Assembly: GCA_016748015.1 (NCBI GenBank)
Contig: JAAOMT010000040.1
Location: 744,001-808,000 of the forward strand
DNA from: Geosiphon pyriformis uo1
Lineage: Eukaryota; Fungi; Glomeromycota
Direction of reading: 5' to 3'
DNA length: 64,000 nt
In this document: piece after piece, positions 37,874 to 51,895 of the stretch
Layout: each line of letters starts with the position of its first letter
Numbering within the stretch: position 1 is the stretch's first letter
Program-made: the position numbers and the translations under genes
Notes under the pieces: generated by a model
The model's input: the letters and a program-made list of their open reading frames with translations, nothing else
The model's database searches: none
What the model was told of the DNA's origin: nothing

Positions 37874-40745
37874 CCGTTGAAATAAATAATTTTTGCCATT
37901 TATAATAAGAATTTAAAAGCATCCTTTTGTTACAGCAATTAAACAAAAATGCATTACGAAATGAATTCAAAATCTTTTTATTTATGCATAAAAAATTTAC
38001 AGTGAAAATACATCAAAATAGAAATCAATATTCAGAATAATTTATTTTAATGAAATTAAACGGCTTCGTTTCAAAAATTGTTGCTTGAAATTTTTAATAA
38101 TTGTTCGTGTATAAGAATCATTTGGATCAAAAAACATTTGACAATATCTTTTTATTTTATCACAAATTAGAAGTACAAGTATTTTGAAAATAATGCATAT
38201 GTATCAAAAAGTATTCTTAATTAAAGTTATTTATGAAAAAAATCTGTTTTCATTATAGCATTCAAAATTAAGCCTATTATTTTTTTTTAAATCTTACGTT
38301 AGTCTATGAAGAAAAATTTTTCATTGAATTTTTTAAATAACTAATTTGACTCTCATAATTCTTAATTGGATAAAATATCTTAAAGTAATACTAAAAGCTA
38401 CTTTATTGAAGACTTACAATAGATTTAGATAACTCAATAATAAATTTTTTGACTGAGAAACATATAAATCAAAATTTTATCCAAAAGAAATCTTTTTAGC
38501 ATCTGAATTAAATTATATATTTTTGCCAAAAAAAATTTAATTATTCATAATAAATGCCAAGATATTTAGAGATATATGAATAGTGAAAAGCTAACAAGAA
38601 ATTTAAGCTCTCGTTACTTATTTAATTCTTTGAAATAAAAATTTAGTTATTTTGTTGACATTGTGATTTTTTTTAAGCAGATTAAAGAAATAGGCTTAAC
38701 CCAATTTTGCTAGTGTTTTTTTCTTAAAACCTCTCGCATGTATCGAAAAGCCGCTTCATGTAATGAATCAAATTCAGAAAGTTTTAAAAAAAACCATTTG
38801 AAATTGTTATCGAACTTGTTGATGAGTAAAACGCTTTGAGATAAAAGATGATTCTAAAATTTTTCGAAAAAATTTTCATTTAGAAATATTTATTTGGCTT
38901 AATTGAGTGAATATTTTCAATAGTTGAAGTCAAAATCTTGAATTTAAATTGTTAAACCTGTTTAAACGTGTAAACACAAGAAAATTAATTACATGCGGAT
39001 GAATTTCTGTATGACCCTGGGAAAAATCCATTAAACTCATTTTCATTAAACCCCTGCAATTTCGGCAGTTGTACGCTTCAAATCTCTTTATGTTCCACAC
39101 CAGCTACAAGTCTTAAATGTGTAAGTCTCATTTTGGATGGCAACCCGGACTCATAACTCTTCGACTTTGGCGATCAGACGTTGACAGAAACATTAATGTG
39201 CCCAGGAGAGCATTTCACAATTCATCATGTTTGTTACTTCAAACTGCAAGACGATAATTGGATCAAACTTTCAAATGGAAAATACGATCGCCTTTCTGCA
39301 AATTTTACTTTGTAAATGCACAATTTTGTCTTTCACCCATACCATGGAATACTACTAAGCGAATGTTATAGAACGCCGAGATCACTAAAAATTGCTTGGA
39401 TACAGTTGTTTGCTTGGGTTTAATGGATTTGTCTTTCGGTTTGATAGACCAAGGAAAACATTCGTTTTTTAGTCTTTCGAGAAGATGCAAGCTTAGGTTC
39501 AAATGCTATTTTATAGGATTATGACCACTCATTTTTTTGTAGTTACTGTCAAAGCATAAAATCCACAGCATGAATTTATCTTTATTATTAAAAATAAGGT
39601 TTATATTAAAAAGTTACATTTAAAAATTGTTTCTTTTAAGAGACTAAAATCTTTACCTTGTGCTAATGTGCATAGGCGTGCATTGACAAATGTGAAGATA
39701 CGAAACATTAAAAAATTCCACAATAATAATTGAAAATTCTGGGTACAAATCATAATAGTTTATGTGACTGTAAAGAAAAATGATATGTTAATATCTTTTG
39801 TTATCACTGTATATCGCGCACTACTTTTTATGATGGTTGTGTCTTGCATTAGCTGCTTACCGTCATTCGCATTCTGCAAATGAAGACAGTGTTGTTGGCG
39901 AGAATATTTTGTGTTTGTCCAAGGTTTAATTGTCGAAAAGAACCCCGAGTTTTGAAATATAGAGGAGGTGGAAGGCAAAGTGGCAGATACGATCATAATG
40001 ATAACCATAATACCTGAGATCTGAAATTGACACATAAGCCGATATCGCTGAGCCCTTTTGTCACTTGAGATTCTTTTTTTTGCTTTGCACTATAACTGCG
40101 GGGTAAAAGTAGCCCCTCTTGTTAACTAAAGTAATGGTTGTAGTGACGGCTGCATTTTGGAAAGTTGTTCAGAAAAATGAGAAGGAAAAAGTTGAGATGA
40201 CAAAAAGAGTGGGGCACTTATTGTCAAGATTTCAAAGTATTTTATACAGAAGCAAACAATTTTCAGCAGCCTCAATTCAGGAATGACACATAAGATGACT
40301 GACCATAATCAATAAGGCCATTATTTTAGGAGTCATTCCCAAAGATATTGATTGTGTTCAAAATCATTAAAAATACTTGAGATTTGAATTTGCAAAAAAA
40401 TATAATAGAACAATTAGAAATTTGTACATGTACATCATTTGATAATATTTTAATTTTAGAATTTATTTTCATAGAATGTGTTTCTAATTAAAAAGTGATA
40501 ATCTATTTTCGTTACACTTGAACAAAATGTAGTGTTCATGTATTGTGAGGGGTTAACACAAACACCTAAAAATTTAAATTCGATTCCTCACCCCGGAAAA
40601 TTATCGGCAAATACATGCTGTAGTGTACTAAAAAGTAATAATCCACCGGTGGCAGTTTCTAGTTCTCCGACAAAGAACACTCAAAAGCCCTTTTCATTGC
40701 TTCTTTTTTTTCGGTATTTTTAACGAAATTTAAAAATATTATATT

Positions 40746-42001
40746 ATGTCATCCGCTCCTGGAGTTTATCAGCCATATAGTCCTCTGAATAAAAATTCGC
40801 TTGAGTCAGAATCACAAAATTTACGTCATGTTTCCTTGCCCGCTCCTCCACAAAATAACAATAATGATCATTCACAAAGAAGCAGTTATCAGAATCTTAA
40901 AGAAGAAATTCAAAAATTGCAACAAGAAAATGAACGTCTCAAACAAGAAAACGAACGGTTGACCATGCAAATAATCACTCAACAACATTTCGGTAATGCC
41001 CTCAATACTGGCTGGAGTGATGATGACATATATAACTCCGTTAATTTGCGTGCTGATATTGCGAAACTTGGCGACTCCCTTAACTATATTACAAGTCTCA
41101 AATTCAAAAATGAAATTGTAATCAATAAACCAAATGCGTTACAATTGATGACAAAATATAAATGTCGAAGTGCTGAATCCATGAAACATGCGCATGAAGA
41201 TGTTGATATTTTCAATACCAATTTACCTACTGGTATTGACTTAAAGCAAGTATTGAAAGCAGCTCTTCAACGCCATCTCGTAGAATCCATTTTAGATCTA
41301 ATTAAGGTTTATCTCGAGGCTGCTTTGAAGCGCACTGAAAATATCACTGATGAACATGCCTTGGAAGCACACATTATCAAACTTACGAATGATTTAATAA
41401 TTCGTATGACTGATCTTAGCATATTTCGTATTGGAAATGACGACCTTACGAAGAAATTGCCTGTGAAATTGCGTCAACAAATTGCAGCCTCTTTGGGAGC
41501 TAGAGCCTTTATTCAAAATGATAATAAAAATCCCTTTTTAGAAAAATCCACCGCTAAAGTTATAAATCTCCTGAATGAATGTCGAACGATTAATAATGTT
41601 CAAAAGAACCAAGATATTGCTACCAAAGCTCGAGCAGTTGTTGTTGAGGTTATTCGTGTGTTTTATTTTGCCTTGTATACTCAAGATCCCGTACCAGATA
41701 TGATTTTTTACGAAGCTGGAGATCCAGTTAATTTTGAATTGATGGAGGGTGCATTTGATCCTAACGAGATTGAGAATCTGGAGGTAATTGATCTCTTATT
41801 TTTCATTTTCGTGAAATCAGCGATCAGCTCTAACACAGCATCATTCTTTATTAGGTGGAAGTTTGTTATTTTCCAGTGATTGGGACGGATCTCAACAATT
41901 CTGAACGGAAGTTATTCAGGAAAGCTCAAGTGCTCACTGTTCAGAAAGCGTCTCGTCAAAATCTTGCCACTGTTTCATCTAGAAAAAAATCGAATGTTTA
42001 A
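40746..42001 (+). CDS. Uncharacterised coiled-coil protein (Glomeromycotina-type expanded family), 2 exons
   Basis: Exon 40746-41783, GT-AG intron, exon 41855-42001 (VEVCYFPVIG...KAQV...). Coiled coil LQQENERLKQENERL is followed by GNA...WSDDD..NSV.L..DI. Confidence 0.85.
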
Positions 42002-42859
42002 AGATCAAAATTTCAGAGGTTTAATGAAAAATAAATTATTTAAATATTGCTAGCTTTACATATATACTATATAAAAATAATTAAACTTGTCAAGGATCTC
42101 AATTTTTAAGAATTTGAACGCTCAAAGTATGAAAAATTTGATCTCTAAATCTGTTTTCCAAATTCCCTTTTCACCAAGTAAGATACAGGATCCAAAATAA
42201 AAGGAATAGGCATGATTTAAGGTCATAAAGAATTCCAAGATTTAGATTAATAATTGAGATAAGTAAAAGGAATTTTCGAATGCAAACTTTTTTTATAAAA
42301 AGTTTTTATTATTATTGACAAAATAAAGGGAAAGAAGTAATGTAACTTTAAATGCCAAGCTAAAAAGTCTCAGGTAATGAACTCTAGCTCGTAATAATTT
42401 GACTCAATTCAATTTTCGTAATAAAAATTAATGTTGAAATTTCTGTCACGAATAAGAAATTAATATTCAAAAAAATTTGGTAACATGAACATACTTAAGA
42501 TTTTAATACCGCAAGCTAAATATTTCAAGTTTTATGATTAATGCTTTTAACAGTTTCTTGTTTTAATTCGAAATCTCAAGGTTTTCATTTCACTGACGAG
42601 AGAATTAGATTCCAAAAGTAAAATTTCCTATGCACATCTTTGAAACAGAGAATTTAGTTAGGTCACAACAATTATCTCAAATCGTTTAGTTTGCCAAAAA
42701 TTTTTAATCGTATAGGCCAAACAACAAACTGAGAAGCTCAAGAATATAAAGACCATCAATTTTTTAGAAAAAGTTTGAATAATTTTCTAAATCAAAAAAT
42801 ATTTTCACTCTTATAGAGTAAAAAATTGTTCGAAAATACAGTTGAACTTAATTAAATAT

Positions 42860-42925
42860 CTAAACTTTCCTTCCTCATTTTAAATGATTTGATTAAAATA
42901 TTTAAATTGAGGAAGAAAGGTTTAG
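42860..42925. repeat. Imperfect 26-bp inverted repeat (hairpin)
   Basis: ctaaactttccttcctcattttaaat ... atttaaattgaggaagaaaggtttag. Confidence 0.75.
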
Positions 42926-43101
42926 TTTAAACTTGTTATCTTAAGATCATATATTGGACGAACTTTGAAAACTTGGGAAATCAAATTTCTTAAAAAGGGA
43001 GTTAAATATAAATCCTGTTATTTTGTTTAATATCGAATTAAAACAAATTCATTTTGTAAAAGAATAAAAGATCAATAGTCATGTAATTGATTAATTCAAT
43101 T

Positions 43102-45046
43102 TTATGTTAATGGAAAGCTGGACTTTGATCCAAATAAGGGGATTTGAAAAAGGATAGGAGCAGAACTGGAATCCAAAGGTGGACGGGATTGTACGGATGG
43201 AAAATCTGATATATGCAAATTTGTCAAAGAGGGATTTAAAGAATTCAAACCTTCTGGTTTGTCAGGGATAAATGCAGATACTCTTGGCAATGGAGGTAAA
43301 TATGGTGGCGATGATAGAGTTCGTGGTTTTACAAGTGTATCTTGATGAATTTGTGAGATTTTTGTACCTTGAGAACGTTTATTTCTATATAGAAACAGCC
43401 CTATTCCAGCTATGAGACCGAGGAAAACGAGTCCACTAATTGTTCCACCAACGATTGCCTTTGACTTTTTATTGCTACCTAATTTGGCTTGCTGATCGTT
43501 TTTTTGGCTACCTAATTTAGGATCGCCTGGACTCTCTGCGAATCCCTCAGAGTTATTATCCGACCTCATGAGCCATTCAAAGTTGCCATCATTTGTATTA
43601 AGAATGGTAATTTTTTGTGAAACATTTGTTCGGCCGGATTCTTTTTCGATACCTAAATATTTTCGAAGGATAATTAAATTTATTAATGGCCTAAACCTAG
43701 ATAAAAAATAAAAACAATAAGATATTATACCAAAAGCTATAATCATATAATTTTTAAACATTGTGGCAGTATGGTAAAAAGGTACAGGTATAGGTTGAGA
43801 TTTCACTGAAATTTTAGTCCACGTCCAATTTTTTGTATCGAGGATAACCAAGGGGTCCGATAGTTCCTGATCTGAATTACCACCATATACAATTATTCTC
43901 TCATCCGACGCTGGGATAGAAAATTTGTTAAAAGAAAAAATTGAAATTAAAATAAGAAAGAGATTCATAGTACGCAACTAAAAAATTTTTTGAGTTGAAT
44001 TGATGAAACTCCACCTAAGACTGCTGTATGGCCACCACGATTTTTCGGTTTATAATTCCCCCGAATCTCCTTAAATAAGAGAGCAAAGTATAAAACATTG
44101 CTTCCTATGAAAAACTGATCCTATAATAAAAATTAGCAACCTACTTGCTTTTTCCAAGTCGAATTATTTATGTTAAATATATGGATCTATTTTTAAAATT
44201 GAAAATTGAATATGAGATCGGGAAACGATGAAAAAAAACTTAAAATTTTCGTTTTACTTACCTCATTCATTGAATATTTCCCTCCAATGAAAACAATTCT
44301 ATTATTATCTTTTAAAAAGGTAGCCGTATGATCATAAAATGATTGCAAATTAAATAATTGCCCATAAGGTGGTTGCACATAAAACCAATTTTGCTTCTCA
44401 TTATAAAAAATGATATTTTTTGAATTCCGAAATTGTTCGTCCAGGGTGTCAGGTTCCTTTTGAGGAGTCCGGAAACAATAGATATATTCTCCAGCGTCTA
44501 TGACAAGTGGAAATCGTCGACGAATATACGGTGAACACGGTTTTATATCTGAAACGCCCCACTGTGGATTTTCACTTTGTAATTGAAATTCAAAGATATT
44601 TTCGTTGTGGGTATATGACTGTGAATTCGTTGATGATTTTTTATTCTAAATCAAAAAAATTTGAGAATTTTATGACAATAAAAATTCAAGGTTGAACCTT
44701 TTATGCATATACTTACCGTTAAACCACTAAGAATTATAATCCTTTTATCAGAAGTAACAACGGTAGTAGCCCATATAATTCCACTAGCTGACGAACCAGT
44801 AACATCTAAATTTGGAAGCGTCTCATATTTCGGTGAGCTTATACTGAAATTATTTGTAGAATTGAAACCGTTTGCGGGAAGATCAAGGGAAAAAAAATCA
44901 CTAAAGATTTTTTTTCCATCAACTCCACCAATAAAATATAATTTCTCGCCGACGAGGACAGCAGAATGGCCGTATCGTGGCAGAGAATAGGCATTGATAA
45001 TTTCAAAAGATATTATAATTGTATAAATTAAAAAAGGAAAAAACAT
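43102..45046 (-). CDS. Kelch-repeat single-pass membrane protein 2 (multi-exon)
   Basis: Signal peptide, PRYGHSAVLVGEKLYFIGG, DHTATF...IVFIGG, RGGHTAVL, IIVYGG, FYHTATMFKNYMIIAFG and TM IVGGTISGLVFLGLIAGIGLFLY-RNKR. Confidence 0.9.
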
Positions 45047-48000
45047 TTTTTAGGATCGAAGGCAAAGGACAAAGAATAATATTAAAAATAATTTTAATTA
45101 TAATCTAAATAAATCTTTTACTCTAAAGATTATTGAGTTTTTTAATAAATATTTTTCTAAAAAAAACTCATAATGTTTTCAATTTCTAGTATTCGATATT
45201 AAAATAGGTATAAAAATGAGTGCTTTAAGGCGAATTCTTAAAAGTCCCATTCGAAAAATCTTTACAAAATCAGTTGAGGCGAGAGTAGGTTGTACAATTT
45301 GACAAAAAAGTGAATCAAGGTAACTCAATTTTCATTGTTCTATTGCGCCTTTATTCTATAACAAACAAGGCATCAAAATCTTCTGTGGTTTACTATTTTT
45401 ATTATTACCCGGAACGGGAGTTTCATTCGTTTACCATTTTGATTGCCGGTCTCTAAGAAAGCCAAAATTTCAAAACTTGATATGCGTTTCTTCTTTCGCC
45501 ATAAATTTTCATCCCCTTCATAGATAGAAGAAATAATGCTTGTTTCATTGAAGATTTTCCATTGCTCGAATTGACTAAAAGAAAATATTAAATGCTAGAA
45601 ACTGGTTCAAAATTAATTGATTGATGCAGAGTGTTTTAATATTTATGCATATTTTCTTTGAAAACAATTCGGAAAAACTCAACGTTTCAATTTTTTTGAG
45701 GTTTGGTAATACAAATTGAATTTTCTGTCCCCTTTAAATTGGCTAGGTTTAGTGAATTGTTCTTCCTAATTAATGATTACAAAACTCTTTTTATTGGAAA
45801 ATCACATCTTTTGTTTTTAATATTAATTAAGGCTAACTTAAAAACTTCACAAGTTTCAAAAATTAAATATCTCTCTAAATAGACTTTGAATTTATACAAT
45901 ATTTTACATTGTATTTTTCAGTAAATATTTACAGATTTAGAAAACTAGGTAGAGTTTCTAAAAATAGAATGACACTTTTGTTCAATAGGTCAACACAGAG
46001 TTAGATCATTTATGTGATTGGTATTACAATTTTAATATTCTTAAAAAAGGAGAGATTTAAGCTGCAAAATTTATATACAATTCAATGAATTCATTTTTGC
46101 AGCTGAACAGATATGGAATTAGAATGCTTCCGAAGTCCTTTTAAACATAATAAAATGTTTGATGAAATTATCGAAATTCAATTTTTAAAATTTGTAATTA
46201 TATATGGTACCTAAATCTGGGAATTGAGGTAATCCGTTTGTTTAGATTGATATTGAGGCCAAACCTGGTTTGAATATGTATATCGGCATGAAATTTTAAA
46301 AGATTAAGTTTAAAAGACTGCCTTATTTTTCTTTAGTATTTAACTAATACCCTTTTAAAAATCACACTATACAGATTTCAAAGAAATTCTCCATTTTACA
46401 ATTATTGATTTTTCCCAATTGTATAATATTTTTAAAGTAAACTTTTCATGATTACAATGCATTCTTAATTTAAATGGATTTTATTTGAAGGCTTAAGTTT
46501 CTTCAATAATCAAGCTGTTAAAAGAAAAGGCAAGTGCATGTGTTAAGTTAAAAAACTCTTGATTTAATACAAATATTTTTATATCAGATTCCAAATTATT
46601 TGAAAAATTATCTTTGGTATTTACAATTTAATCTTTTAAAAGCTTCTGTTTAAGATTTTGAATTAAATGTGAAAATTTTGACAATTTTTTTTTAAAATCG
46701 TATTTGAAAAATCTTTTTTCAATTTCCATTTTTCTAAAAAACTTTTTGAAATTCAAAAATTCAAAAATCTGCAGAATAAATATAACCTTTTTATTCATGA
46801 ATTTTTGTTAAATACTCAAATTTTTAATAGTCTTCAAGTCACAAATATATTTCTTTTTTTAACCTATCAAATCAAAAAACTAAAAATATCTATCAAAATA
46901 AATATTTTTATAGTTTATGAATTATAAACTGTTTATCTTTCATAAAAGGAATCAACAAACTACAATGAAAGTGCTTTTTTAGGAAATAATGATGGTCAAC
47001 TTTTAGTATTACAAGATTTTACATGATATTCCTCATACAGTATTAAATGTATTAGCTATAGTTGAATCCTTTGGATAATCAGTGAAAACTCTAAAGGCTT
47101 TCAAAACTTCTTTTGACTATACATGTATTACTGTTCTAGGATCTAATGTCATTTTCTATGAGCCAAAGCTTGAAACTAAATCAAAATGGTAAAATAAAGA
47201 GGATCCTGAAAGATTTTGGGGTGCATTACCAATTATTTCTTGGAATTCGAATTCGACCATGGATTTTGTTTGTACTGGAACACTATGAAATAAAAATAAA
47301 AATTTTTCATTAAAAAATTCGGAATTTTCAACAACTCATTTGAAGTGGGTGGTTACAGAAAAAGCTATATAAGAATTGCATAAAACTTCAACCTGCATTA
47401 AGAATATGTATTGTAAAATCTAATTAATCAATACAGCCTTTTGTTTTCCAGAACCAGGTCAAATTAATGTAAAGGTGCTCAAAGCGGTTGTTAAGTTGAC
47501 ATTTAAGAGATATTATTCAAATTTTTACTTATGAAGGAGTATTTCGCTCGAGACTTTTCTTACCAAATTTGGTTGAAGCTGAATGGTTATATTTTTCTAT
47601 TTGTCTTGTGCCAAGAGCTAAACTAAGTTTATTGTCTATCCATAGAAAAAGAAATGGCTCAAAATTTTTTCGCAGAGAAACGCATTTTTTTAAATAAAAA
47701 AATTCTTTTAGTGACCTAACTTTACATGAAAAGTTCATGCTTGTTATGGTGCCTTAAATCTATAATTGATAATGACTTACAGCGAATCAAAGATTGGGCA
47801 CTTGTATCCCGATAAAACCACTAAAACAACTATCATTTACTCGTTAACTAAGCTAAATTATAATAAATATTTCCGAGATTTAGATTCTTTGTTTTAATTA
47901 ATTTTTTTGTTTTATATTTTAAGGAATGCAGTCTGTAGTCTATTAAGAGATAATCGAACGCGAAAGCTCATTTTCACCCTCATTTTTGGAACTAAATTTG

Positions 48001-49307
48001 AAGCTTTAATTTCTTTCATGCAAAATCAGTGTTATAAATAATGTCTGACTCTCCCTTTTTTTTGTATCTCGTTAAATCTAAAATTTATTGCATGAGATCT
48101 TTGAAAGTATAAAAAGCGAATAGAAAACTGATTTTAAAAATACAAAATTTTAGGTTTTGTGCATATAGGTAAATGGGAAATTTTGAAATTATGCTTAAAA
48201 GAAATGCATTCTAATTGGGATTTCATAAGTAGTTAAAATAAGAACTTTAGAATAATTTTCAATTTTATTTAAGAATAAATATATCTTTTCTCATGTTTGA
48301 AATATAAGAAAAGTTTTAATTATTATCAGTATATCAATTCTTTATTTATTCAACTTTAAATTTGAAAAAATTATTTTTAAATATATATTATTCTTTAGTT
48401 ACAAGATTGTGAAATAAATAAAAAGAGTTGAACATAAACCATTTGAATTATCTTTTTTTTTGTACCTTTCAGCATCAATACATAAAGAGTTCTTCACAAT
48501 GAATTCGAATGGAAACACAAAATGATTTAATCCGAGCATTTGCGTTTGGATTAAAAAATCGTTGAAAAATAATTTTAACTAAGATACACCTTCTTTGGAT
48601 ATGTCTAAGAGTAAAAACAAAATATGTAAAATAAAAATTAAACATGTCGCTTGGACTATCACAATGCACAGTCGGATGGTTCATCATCAATAGTTAGATT
48701 TACATCTTAATAGTTAGAAATAATTGAATTAAAATCATGCAAAATCATTTAAAATGCACCTTATAAAATACTGAAAGTATACCCTTTAAAGTAAAACATC
48801 AATGATTAGGTTAAAGCAAAGTATATCGTTTTTTTTTTGGGATCTTGAAAATCTTTTTTTAATATTATTTAAAATGTTATTTTTGTCATTGAAACTCAAT
48901 ATTCAGATTCATTTTTAAAGCTTTTAAAGAAGTTTAAATTAATTTTGTATTAAAAAATATACATGTTAATATAAAAAAATAAATTTATTAAAATTGACAT
49001 TATTTTAAAAAAAATTATGTTGATTTAATTAATAAATAAATAAAATTTGTTTAATACAATTGAAAAAACATATTTCAATTCATAATTTTTAATTAACATA
49101 ATTTTTCATGTTTATTATGGTTATAAGCGATTTATCTAATATTTTGGAATTATTGTTATTAATATTCAATATTTTTTACATAAACTAAATTGTAAGTATT
49201 TATCAATTTCAAAGATTAATTGAGTATTCATATATAAATTTTCTATAAATGTGTAATAAAAATATCAAAGTATAACTAATGGTGACTAATCACAAACCCA
49301 ATAATCG

Positions 49308-51416
49308 TCAGGGTAATTGAGAAATTACCTTCAATACTTCCCGCATCTTATCTTTATTCACCATCTTTTTAAGCTCAAACTGTTGAATTAATTTATTTTT
49401 GTGTAATTGGTTTTTCACCTGCACCTGATTCATCGCCTTTCCGGCTTCATATTTTGCTTTATTAATTTCGACCTGATCTATTTGCTGTTTTTGCATCCCA
49501 GTTTGAATATTTTGAAATTTACTTGACAATAATTCTTCGCTTTTCTGCATTTCAAGAGTGGCAAAGTGCGTGCGAATATCGAGATCTTGTTCGAGACCTT
49601 TGGCACGAAGAATTTCGAGTTCGTAAGAAGTGACCGTGAGAAGGTGTTCAGCAACAGACCAAGGGATAGAACCTTGGTTTAATAGTTGAAGAATAATGTC
49701 TTGGTAGTTTACAGCTTTGTATTTTTCAAGAACTCTTACGGCTTCTGGCCCTGGGATGGTTTTACAGACAAAGTCAAATTCGAAGTCATCCAAGTTTTTG
49801 CCAAAAAGGGTTTCGTTCTTAATCATGTGGAAAATATGAGCTATTAGCACTAGATATTTTCCTATAATATAGAAGTTGTTATGTCACGTATTTATTAAAA
49901 TCTTAACTTACCATGTTCGGAGACTTCTTTAATAAATATTTTGCCCAAGCAGATTGTGCTATGTTCTCATTATATTGCAACAAAGCATTCGAGTTTTTTT
50001 GATAAAATTGATCTTTTGCTATAACAATCTTAACGCAAAATTCGTCCTCTAATTCTCTAATATAACTTGCCGTCCCGAGAACTTTTCCCAAAAATTTTTT
50101 TTGTGCCAACGAAAAAGATTCTAGATGAACGTCACTAAAAATTTCCCACTTTAAAGGTTGAAGATATTTCTCCATTTCCTCGTTATAAATTCGGATTCCT
50201 TCTTCGATTGCTTTTTGTCCAACAAACCGTGCTACAGATTCGTATTCACTCGGAATAGACAAAGAGGCATTGTTACCAGGCTCATTCATGCGATTCACGC
50301 ATTCTTCAAGAAATCTTGTCCATGCTTGGCCAGTCATATCGGAGCCACCAATATATTTTGGACATAGGCTATTTAGAATCCCAGAAACAGCGTTACATAT
50401 ATCGTTTATAAAAGGTTCATCGAATTGATTAGAGTTGACATATTGGAGATTTTGAAGCTGTTGGCCATGTACACCTGGGTGCTATATTGGGTGGCATTAA
50501 AAATGTATTTATGTCAGTGAATTTCAGTTTATTCATTTGCACATTTAAATATTATTTTAAATTTATCTACCGCTATTGGGTAAACCAAGAATTCCCCAAA
50601 ATACTTCTGGATTCCATGAGCAGCTGTAAAACCACAGAAATAAACATTCTAAGAAATTGGTAAGAGAATCTCTTCATATACAGAACTATTCGTTAAATTA
50701 TTACCTTCAAAGTTAACTTTGGATAATTGACTGAGAAAATATTCCCGAAAATTAGAAGGTCGTTGCAACTCAAAATCTCGTAAAAGCAACACCAATTTTG
50801 GCAAGAATTGACAATCATTTGGTGTTTGAATATATTTTGTCAAATCTTTCATGAGAAACAATTTTTCAATATCATTCCGTTCAATAACTCCATTGATGTT
50901 ATAAATAAATGCCGAGGATATTGCCAGACAAAAAACGAATAATTTAATAGCCCATTCGTGGTCTTGCTCTGGATCATTAATGCCCTCACAGTCAAGAATA
51001 ATTACTCGTTTTCCGTCAACAAGAAAGGGAGTATCCCACATATCAATTCCCCGTGTGCAGCCATGTACTTGGGATCCGAGATCGAAGCCGTCATGACGTC
51101 CCAATAAGAGGTTTGCGAAAAAGGATTTCCCACGGCGAAATGCTCCGGCTTCGCAGATATTAAGTAAAAATATTAATGGGTTTCATTTTGTCTCAAATCA
51201 ATTATAACTTTTAAAGAAATATCAAAAAAATACATGCGACTTACCTACAGTGATAATAGCAACAGGCTCTTGTATATTTTCAATAATATTTAGAGTATGG
51301 CGATTCAATTGCATAGTTCCCAATTCTCCATTGTATCCTTTGAGAAAAGTCATCAACTTTATCGGTGCTCCTTCTCGGAAAATCACTCCATTCCCAAATT
51401 TGTTTCTTGAATTCAT
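49308..51416 (-). CDS. Guanylate-binding protein (GBP)-family large GTPase, about 5 exons
   Basis: PVAIITV/AGAFRRGKS (G1), CTRGI (G2), LDCEG (G3), ISSAFIYN and LLRDF (G4), then a helical/coiled-coil C-terminus. Exons splice in frame. Confidence 0.92.
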
Positions 51417-51895
51417 TTTAACTTCAATTTCTGCTCGTTTCAACGTTTGGCTAGTCTATTTAATATCTAACAATTTTTTATGTCGTCATAGAAGATAACC
51501 GCAGTTCAACGTATTTATTAAGAGGATGAAAAAGAAAGGAATAGGTTGTAACGACAAAACCCTTGCACTAAGCATCCGTTTAATGTTTCGTAAATGAGTT
51601 TGCCAGTTTTAGATTTCGTGCTTTCCGGACTTAAGAGCCTCAGAAGCTGGCCGTTAAATACTCATATATGAGCAACGCCACGGGAAAAAAGGAGGCTGAA
51701 GAATCATTTAACATATCAAATAATCATGATGCAAGGAGCGTGTCACAATTATACTGGTTCAAACAAGTTGTCAAATTGGTTAAATTGAGCTCCACACACT
51801 GAAAATCACTGTCAAACCTTTTTTACTTTTAAAATTTAAATTTTGGGATTGCAAAACCTCTATAACATCAGATCCAAAAAAAGAAGCTTGATGTG
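51417..51895. promoter_or_regulatory. Probable bidirectional promoter between the GBP and rhomboid genes
   Basis: Only ~480 bp between divergent ATGs, with locally higher GC and CpG content. Confidence 0.5.

Noticed and set aside
46950-47740. Exon-like minus-strand fragments
   Set aside because: Interrupted by stops, and no family could be recognised.
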